Source of the DNA: a virus
Lineage: Duplodnaviria; Caudoviricetes
Length of the DNA: 36,226 bases
Direction: 5' to 3' (one strand)
Virus record (IMG/VR): IMGVR_UViG_3300005662_003122
Span: 1 to 36,226 of that record
How positions within the stretch are numbered: the first letter of the stretch is position 1; every line of letters starts with the position of its first letter. Under the pieces are notes generated by a model. The model made no database searches and was not told where the DNA came from. It saw only the letters and a program-made list of their open reading frames with translations. A program made the translations under genes and the position numbers. This document shows positions 27,273 to 36,226 of this stretch, piece after piece.

Positions 27273-27280
27273 CTCCGTTC

Positions 27281-27288
27281 TATAAATA
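27281..27288 (+). promoter_or_regulatory. T4 late promoter TATAAATA
   Basis: Perfect gp55 consensus; AGGAG RBS and ATG 27311 follow. Confidence 0.85.
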
Positions 27289-27310
27289 ACGAGTATCCAC
27301 AGGAGAAACC

Positions 27311-27679
27311 ATGTTTAACAATCCATTCAATTCCAAGTTTGTTGCAGACATCACCAAGTTCCTTAACGAGCATCGGAACGAGATGGATATCATGCCATGC
27401 CTCAACGAAAAGGCTATTGCCGCTGCCGAAAAGGTAGCCGAACAGGCAGTCTTGGAAGAACGCAGAAACACTCTAGTATCGCTCTTCAACGAAGCCGTTC
27501 GTGATTGCGGTTGCCGTGGAACGACCAAAGAAGCAAACGATTTTGCCAAGGCTGTACAGATGCACATCGAAGCCAAGGCTATTGTTGTACCCGCCGGAAA
27601 AGTTTCAAATCCCTCGCATAAGGCGAATGAATTGGAAACACCAGCCAGCGTTAAGAAGAAGACAGCAAACCCCAAGTAA
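27311..27679 (+). CDS. Late hypothetical protein
   Basis: 122-aa ORF with strong RBS and late promoter. Confidence 0.75.
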   Translation: MFNNPFNSKFVADITKFLNEHRNEMDIMPCLNEKAIAAAEKVAEQAVLEERRNTLVSLFNEAVRDCGCRGTTKEANDFAKAVQMHIEAKAIVVPAGKVSNPSHKANELETPASVKKKTANPK

Positions 27680-27685
27680 TCAGCG

Positions 27686-27693
27686 AATAAATA
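27686..27693 (+). promoter_or_regulatory. Late promoter (AATAAATA)
   Basis: Intergenic; GAGGAG RBS before ATG 27715. Confidence 0.7.
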
Positions 27694-27714
27694 GAACACA
27701 GAGGAGAACCCCCA

Positions 27715-28818
27715 ATGTCATATTGGAATTCAAACGACAGAGAAGAATCAAAGCCCACATGGCTCAACGCCGCACAGAAGATCAACTGCGTCCGAACAGT
27801 TCGTGGTTGGGAACTACCACTTGACGGCACTTCTCTCGGTGGTCAACTGCATGGAAAACTTGGAACGACCGCCAGCATTCCCGCAATGGAATTGCTTGTT
27901 GCTCTTCCAAATGATGCTGTATACAATCCATATCTTCTTTTGACCGTAACAGGCAGAGCAGCAAATCTTGCGGTGAATGCCGCAGGCGGTACCGGCTATA
28001 CGGCAGGAACAACGATTCTTTGCTATATGCCAGGAACCTATCCCATCGCATCAACGGGTTCTAGTGTTTTTGCGGGAACAATTGTGGGATCCACGGCAGC
28101 AGCAGGAACCGTCACACTACAGGTTACTCCAATCGTTCCATCCAATTACATTACTTTGGATGAGAGCATCCAAGTTGGTGTTAAAGCAAATGGACTAGTA
28201 CATCCTCTGGGTTATACCGGTCCCACAGCACAGATTCAGACCGCTACATTTGTAGAAGACTATACAACAAATTCTCTCTACATTGCACGGGGAGTGACTG
28301 ACACGGTTGGTGGAACCGCATCTAGTGATCTGCCCGAATATGCTCCATACTTCACATGTCCATTCACCGGAGACAGCGCAACTGCTGGTGGTATCGATTC
28401 GGCTGGATTGTCGTTCACCGTTTCTGCAACAGGCTCTGAGGGTGCATACGGAAATTATGCGGTAAATGCATATGGAGTATCCACACTCAACTTCCCTGCA
28501 TCTGCTACTGCATACATCAAGGTTGTTGCAAATGACACCAACTTCACCAACATTCTTACTTTCAGCGAAGTAACAGATCCTTTTGGAACTAGAGGAAATA
28601 TTCTTCAAGGTGCCGATTTGGTGACTACATCGAATGTGCCAACAGAAATCTATGAAGCATTCTTTGGACCAACAAGTTCATTCAACAATAATATTGCCGT
28701 GTTTAAGATTAATCGTGTCGGAACAACAGCCGGATCATACAATGTGACTCTCCGTGTAACTGATACAAGCGCAACTCCAAAGACCGCAGATACAACATTC
28801 AAGGTTGCATTTGTCTGA
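27715..28818 (+). CDS. Putative virion structural/decoration protein (Thr/Ala/Gly-rich, beta-rich)
   Basis: MSYW..D..ESKP.WL..GWE N-terminus like T4-like cyanophage virion proteins; Ig-like C-terminus (GSYNVTLRVTD). Confidence 0.6.
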   Translation: MSYWNSNDREESKPTWLNAAQKINCVRTVRGWELPLDGTSLGGQLHGKLGTTASIPAMELLVALPNDAVYNPYLLLTVTGRAANLAVNAAGGTGYTAGTTILCYMPGTYPIASTGSSVFAGTIVGSTAAAGTVTLQVTPIVPSNYITLDESIQVGVKANGLVHPLGYTGPTAQIQTATFVEDYTTNSLYIARGVTDTVGGTASSDLPEYAPYFTCPFTGDSATAGGIDSAGLSFTVSATGSEGAYGNYAVNAYGVSTLNFPASATAYIKVVANDTNFTNILTFSEVTDPFGTRGNILQGADLVTTSNVPTEIYEAFFGPTSSFNNNIAVFKINRVGTTAGSYNVTLRVTDTSATPKTADTTFKVAFV

Positions 28819-28833
28819 TAACAAGGAAACCAA

Positions 28834-29322
28834 ATGAAGTCTTATAAGGAAATCAGAAAGACAATTCGTGAGATGCATGGAGCCTCTGAACCCTACGGCG
28901 TATTTGCCGGACGGGGAAGAGTCGGACCACAGGACGGTGATAATGCATTGGACGGAGACATGAATTTGTCATCCCTGACTCCTGCGGCAATCAGCAGAAT
29001 CAATACCTATCTTGGTGCATTGTCTGCAAAGCCATACATCGACCCTGTGTCTGCATTGAAGCAGGCACAGGGCAGGCTACAGATGATTGGATTGAATTTC
29101 GATTTGACAAATGAATGTCAGGTTCGTCTTTCCACACAGACGGAAGAAATAATTCCTTTGGTTCGTTTTGGTGGTGTATTCGGAACAGATGGTACGACAT
29201 ATAGCACATCAAAGGACGATGGTATTACTCCCAAACTCGGTCATGGTCTTGCATTGCGTGTCGAAACTCACAAACTCCCCAACGGAATGACACAGATTCA
29301 AGCAGAGATTGTTCCAAATTAA
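28834..29322 (+). CDS. Hypothetical protein, candidate internal head protein
   Basis: N-terminus MKSYKEIRKTIRE resembles the T4 capsid-targeting sequence; AAGGA RBS. Confidence 0.65.
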   Translation: MKSYKEIRKTIREMHGASEPYGVFAGRGRVGPQDGDNALDGDMNLSSLTPAAISRINTYLGALSAKPYIDPVSALKQAQGRLQMIGLNFDLTNECQVRLSTQTEEIIPLVRFGGVFGTDGTTYSTSKDDGITPKLGHGLALRVETHKLPNGMTQIQAEIVPN

Positions 29323-29340
29323 TTCATATGGTTTTTTGTA

Positions 29341-29730
29341 ATGATAGGCGACAGCCTCACCAATGACAACTATGTTCGATATGCGATGAATCATTACGAC
29401 AACCCGTATTGTGTTGGAGTAAAAGAATTCGAAGAAGACCTTGCAAGGATCGTGTATTTGAAGCGATTATTTCGAAGATACAAAAAAGGCGGCGTTCTTC
29501 GTGAGCGTCTTATTCTCAATCACATCATAACATTCTGCAATGTGTTCGGAGTCGAGGCTGGCACACGGCTCTTGTTTTTCAAGATAGATCACGATCTTCA
29601 CTACATACTGAAGACATTTCTTGTGTTTCTAGAGTACTTGCCAGAAGATAAGCAGAAGTTTAAACTTGAAGTCGATATCGTGAAAATCGGAATGGATCAA
29701 GAAATCATCAAACGACTTCGGAGTATCTGA
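29341..29730 (+). CDS. Conserved T4-like myovirus hypothetical protein
   Basis: YAM.HYDNP.C...EFEEDL..Y.KRL..LRERLILNHII...NVFG..LKTFL.FL. Confidence 0.8.
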   Translation: MIGDSLTNDNYVRYAMNHYDNPYCVGVKEFEEDLARIVYLKRLFRRYKKGGVLRERLILNHIITFCNVFGVEAGTRLLFFKIDHDLHYILKTFLVFLEYLPEDKQKFKLEVDIVKIGMDQEIIKRLRSI

Positions 29731-30305
29731 TGAACATTAACGCCCTTGTTACGAGCCAGTTTCGCCGTTACATGAACGCCCCGTGGTCAGAACTTTCACA
29801 ACCAAAGTGTATCTTTGAAAAACTTGTTGTCAATCTTCGCCGTCAAATTGAAGCGGGACAACCCTTCACTTTAGCAAATGGTACATATCAACCTTTCATG
29901 GTTGCTGAGTGTGGCTATAAACTAAATGAGTACTGCAAAAAAGATACTCAAATAATTGAAGGACTAATCAAAGAAGAACTTGAGAAGCACGGTCTTCTCC
30001 ATTCAATGATTAATGAAGAACGGGAACCACAGGCAATTGCCGCCGGATCATATATGCTGCATGATGGCAAGAGATTTGTTTTGGAAACCGAACTTCTTCC
30101 TTGTGATGAATTCCTTGGTCATCCAATCTACAAGCACGGTGACCTGTCTTTTACAGTAGAGCAAGTCAAGGAAGATGCTCCCGTCAATGCCGTAGGACAT
30201 GGAAACATTGCCGGTGTTTCTCCCGGTCAGGAACCTCCTGGCAAGCGGGGTCTTTACTTTTTCCGAAATAAGAAAAAGACGAAGGAACTCAAGAAGAAAC
30301 TCTGA
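29730..30305 (+). CDS. Hypothetical protein
   Basis: 191-aa ORF coupled to the upstream gene; C-terminal EDAPVNAVG.GNIAG..EPPG motif seen in T4-like late proteins. Confidence 0.7.
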   Translation: MNINALVTSQFRRYMNAPWSELSQPKCIFEKLVVNLRRQIEAGQPFTLANGTYQPFMVAECGYKLNEYCKKDTQIIEGLIKEELEKHGLLHSMINEEREPQAIAAGSYMLHDGKRFVLETELLPCDEFLGHPIYKHGDLSFTVEQVKEDAPVNAVGHGNIAGVSPGQEPPGKRGLYFFRNKKKTKELKKKL

Positions 30306-30431
30306 GTTGCTATCTATCTGCCACTCTCGTACTTTGTAGAAATGAATTGAAGGATTCTTAAGAAATTATACGACTCACAAATTTGGAGTCGATCAATTCA
30401 TAAGAAAGTATTACTTCTACTTGTTTTGAAC

Positions 30432-30460
30432 TTGACTGTCATGTATGTACAGTCTACAGT
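30432..30460 (+). promoter_or_regulatory. Candidate sigma70-type promoter for primase
   Basis: TTGACT-N17-TACAGT; ATG at 30473. Confidence 0.45.
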
Positions 30461-30472
30461 AGACACAAATCA

Positions 30473-31501
30473 ATGCCGATCCACATCGACACCAAGTACA
30501 TCAATCTGCTGTCACCACGGCTAGAACGATTTCAATGGAAGAAGCAATCTCTTGCTGTCTGTCGTTGTCCTATGTGTGGGGATAGTCAGAAAAGCAAAAA
30601 CAAGACACGCTTTTACTTCTTTGAAAAGAAGGGAGCGTTTCTCTGCAAATGCCACAATTGCGACTATAGTGCAACATTGGGTTGGCTTCTGAAGACATTG
30701 GATCTGAATTTGTACAAGCAATATTCATTCGATGTTCTGAAGGAAACCGGGGTCTCGCACGGGCGCACACGCACGGGCGCACACGCACCCACGCCCGTGA
30801 GAAAAGCGGAAGACAAAGTTCTTTCGCTGCTGCCGAGACTTGATTCTCTGAAATCAGACCACCCTGCGGTGAAATGGGTAGAGAAAAGACGGTTGCCGAA
30901 GGAGGCACTTTCAATTCTTTACTTCTCCGAGAACTACGGAGAGTGGGCAAAGAACATTGATCCCGAAGTTCAAGCAGGAGATGACGAACGAATTGTCATT
31001 CCCATACTTGATGTCGATGGAAAAATCGTTGGGGCGCAAGGTCGTATCATCGATCAGAAAAAGATTGACAGAAAAACAATTCGTTATATTACGGTCAAGG
31101 CGGATAAGAACTCCGGCAAGTCATGGTTTGGAATAGAAAGATGCGATCCGAAGAAACCCGTGATTGTCGTGGAGGGACCGTTGGACAGTTTGTTCCTTGA
31201 TAATGCTGTTGCAATGGTAGGTCTTTCGGATGCTACAAACATTCCAAAGGAATTTAGAGATTCTGAACTGATCTATGTTCTTGACAATGAGCCACGCAAC
31301 AAACAAGTGGTAGAGGCAATGGAGAGATTGATTGATGATGGTCATACCGTTTGCATATGGTCTGATCGTTTTCGTGGAATGAAGGATATCAATGAAATGA
31401 TTGTTGCAGGGTTCTCAAAGGTGAGCATCATGCACGAAATACAGAGAAATTCCCACTCGGGATTGGGCGCACATGTGGCACTCAAGAGGTGGGCTAAATA
31501 A
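30473..31501 (+). CDS. gp61: DNA primase (gp61-like)
   Basis: Zn finger CPMCGDS..CHNC, RIVIP, QGR, TOPRIM VEGPLDS, LDNEPRN, KDINEM. Confidence 0.96.
   Translation: MPIHIDTKYINLLSPRLERFQWKKQSLAVCRCPMCGDSQKSKNKTRFYFFEKKGAFLCKCHNCDYSATLGWLLKTLDLNLYKQYSFDVLKETGVSHGRTRTGAHAPTPVRKAEDKVLSLLPRLDSLKSDHPAVKWVEKRRLPKEALSILYFSENYGEWAKNIDPEVQAGDDERIVIPILDVDGKIVGAQGRIIDQKKIDRKTIRYITVKADKNSGKSWFGIERCDPKKPVIVVEGPLDSLFLDNAVAMVGLSDATNIPKEFRDSELIYVLDNEPRNKQVVEAMERLIDDGHTVCIWSDRFRGMKDINEMIVAGFSKVSIMHEIQRNSHSGLGAHVALKRWAK
30756..30799 (+). repeat. Tandem 14-bp repeat CGCACGGGCGCACA x2 plus inverted CGCCCGTG (primase linker)
   Basis: 30756-30769 and 30770-30783 are identical, a partial third copy follows, and 30792-30799 is the reverse complement of CACGGGCG. 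Confidence 0.85.
31494..31500 (+). promoter_or_regulatory. T4-type late promoter (CTAAATA)
   Basis: Overlaps the primase stop; AGGAGG RBS and ATG 31516 follow. Confidence 0.7.
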
Positions 31502-31515
31502 TACAGGAGGTTACT

Positions 31516-31776
31516 ATGAATCCCGAAGAGAATGATGAAATTGAAATGGCAAGTGACGCACAGGATGACATGGGCGATGTGCATCAAGACCCGCCCGTAT
31601 CCATCATCGATCTGGTAATCGGTGGTCAAGCGAGTGGGGCAAAAGATGCAATCTATGCTTCCCTGTACCAAAAGGTAGGAGAGAAAATTGATGCTCTCCG
31701 TCCCGAAATTCGTGCAGCAGTCAATCCCCCGCAAAATGAGGGATCGGTTGAAGACGAGACACCAACAGAGGAGTGA
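31516..31776 (+). CDS. Small acidic late protein, possibly prohead core (gp67-like)
   Basis: 86 aa, acidic; helical core AKDAIYASLYQKVGEKIDALRPEI resembles small cyanomyophage head-core proteins. Confidence 0.5.
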   Translation: MNPEENDEIEMASDAQDDMGDVHQDPPVSIIDLVIGGQASGAKDAIYASLYQKVGEKIDALRPEIRAAVNPPQNEGSVEDETPTEE

Positions 31777-31779
31777 TTC

Positions 31780-32457
31780 ATGGAAGTTATTAGTGAAGCG
31801 ATCCCCGTCTTGGACAGGGGCTTTGTTCAATATGTTTCGCACATGGGCAATGACCTGACTGTGGTAAATGCAGCCCGTGTTTCTTTTCACAAAGAAAGTG
31901 CAGAGTTCGGCGGCAAGGACGAAAAACTAATTTCTTATCTTGCCAAGCACAACCATTGGACTCCTTTCGCACATCCGCAGATCACACTCCGGATCAAGGC
32001 ACCTATTTCCATTCGAACACAACTCTTCAAGCATAAGCAAGGGTTTGTTGAAAACGAAGTATCACGCAGATATGTCGTTGAGGAACCCGAAGTTTATCTT
32101 CCCCGATGGCGAACCGCACCTACCGATGGTGCAAAACAGGGTTCTTCGGGACAAATGGAAATCAATGACGATTACAACACATGTAATCGTGCATACATGC
32201 TTGTGATTGAAGAGGCGATGCATACTTATAACATGCTTTTGGAAAGGGGGGTTGCCCCTGAACAGGCAAGATTCGTATTACCGCAGGGAACCTACACCGA
32301 ATGGTGGTGGACGGGTTCTCTTGCTGCCTATGCACGGGTCTGTAAGTTGCGATCAGATTCCCATGCCCAATGGGAGGTAAGAGAGTATTCAAATGGAATT
32401 GGAATGATTATTCGTAATCTTTTTCCAGTTTCATGGGCGGCATTAACAACCAAGTAA
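31780..32457 (+). CDS. thyX: FAD-dependent thymidylate synthase
   Basis: VNAARVS, HWTPF, QLFKH..NEVSRRY, PEQARFVLP, LR...HAQWE. Confidence 0.95.
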   Translation: MEVISEAIPVLDRGFVQYVSHMGNDLTVVNAARVSFHKESAEFGGKDEKLISYLAKHNHWTPFAHPQITLRIKAPISIRTQLFKHKQGFVENEVSRRYVVEEPEVYLPRWRTAPTDGAKQGSSGQMEINDDYNTCNRAYMLVIEEAMHTYNMLLERGVAPEQARFVLPQGTYTEWWWTGSLAAYARVCKLRSDSHAQWEVREYSNGIGMIIRNLFPVSWAALTTK

Positions 32458-32464
32458 GCCGTCC

Positions 32465-32471
32465 CTAAATA
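32465..32471 (+). promoter_or_regulatory. T4-type late promoter (CTAAATA)
   Basis: Intergenic, upstream of the collagen-like gene. Confidence 0.7.
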
Positions 32472-32498
32472 CTCGGCAACTGCCTTTACGAGTACAGG

Positions 32499-35398
<2,900 letters not shown>

Positions 35399-35402
<4 letters not shown>

Positions 35403-36226
35403 AAGCAGCAGTAGATCATCATTTTACAGCCACAACTCTTGGTTTTACAGGAGGACTTCCTGCCGTTGGATCAACTGCGGGTGGCTATGACTCCAGCAAG
35501 ACCATGCTTTCCTCGCTCATTCGTCAAGCCACGGGAGCAAACTCCGAAGACAAGTACATTTCTCCCGATCCAGCAGCCATCGTAAACATTCCTGAAGTGT
35601 TTGTTGGATCACAGTTCATGCCCCATGTCTACAAGTGGTCGGACAACATCTATTGGATTTTTGCAGCAACCAATGCAATTGCTGCCACAACAAGAACCAT
35701 AACACTCACGGAGTTTAACTCAAGCACATTTACCTTGACCTACAAGGGATTCATCACGCTATCGGGAACCACGGTCGCAGGAAACAAAACTGTTCGTTCG
35801 CTTCGTGGAATCGTGTATAAGCATACATCGGGAACAGTTTCCACAAGTGGCTCTTCCACCACCATCACAGGGTCAAGCACACAGTTCACCACCGACCGAA
35901 TTGCTGTCGGTGCAAGAATTGGGTTTGGAACCACAGACCCAACCGCAGTCACCACATGGTATGAGATTAGTGCCATTGCAAGCGACACTTCGCTTACAAT
36001 CAGCGCACCCGTAAATTTGAATGCAGGCACATCGTATGTGATTGAAGAAATTCGTCTTGCGGTTGCCTGCACAAATGCAACAGTTCTTAACGGCGGTGTG
36101 CATCTAATCAAGGGATTGAACCACGGTACATTCACAAGTGGTGGAACAACCATTACTGAAGCAACCACAACAGACAATATTCGTGCATCGTATTTGCTTA
36201 CGGATGGGGTTGGCTCTTTGGGAACA
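35399..36226 (+). CDS. Thr-rich fibre/virion structural protein, 3'-truncated (not in ORF track)
   Basis: ATG overlaps the collagen stop (ATGA); open for 276 codons to the window end: [16 protein letters not shown]...[21 protein letters not shown]...[15 protein letters not shown]. Confidence 0.85.

Noticed and set aside
30756-30799. CRISPR-like or mini-array interpretation of the repeats
   Set aside because: Units are 14 bp, directly tandem without spacers, inside essential coding sequence, and there are no cas genes

Overview
The window is a fragment of a large T4-like (cyanomyovirus-style) dsDNA phage genome, with every credible gene on the + strand. Core replication genes are gp44, gp62, regA, gp43, uvsX, gp41, gp61, dUTPase and thyX. 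They are interleaved with genes behind T4-type late promoters ([T/C]TAAATA). An approximately 11 kb AT-richer glycan-biosynthesis island of 14 genes lies between uvsX and the helicase; it holds GT7-, GT10-, GT90-, DUF707- and GT2-like transferases, glf, two SDR sugar enzymes, a methyltransferase, a HAD, an NTP-transferase and a GDPD-like protein. After the helicase come a tRNA-Ile(UAU), an RNA-ligase-like KxDG protein and a 1081-aa multi-enzyme protein (HIGH nucleotidyltransferase + RimK ATP-grasp + RimB-like aspartic protease + DUF3140-like). Both proteins have N-termini resembling T4 capsid-targeting sequences. The window ends with a Thr/Ser-rich collagen-like fibre gene and a truncated fibre-like gene. 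Two DNA-level signals stand out: a dispersed CGCACGGGCGCACA motif embedded in three coding regions, and apparent total absence of AGCT. All family calls are from motif recognition by eye, not database searches.
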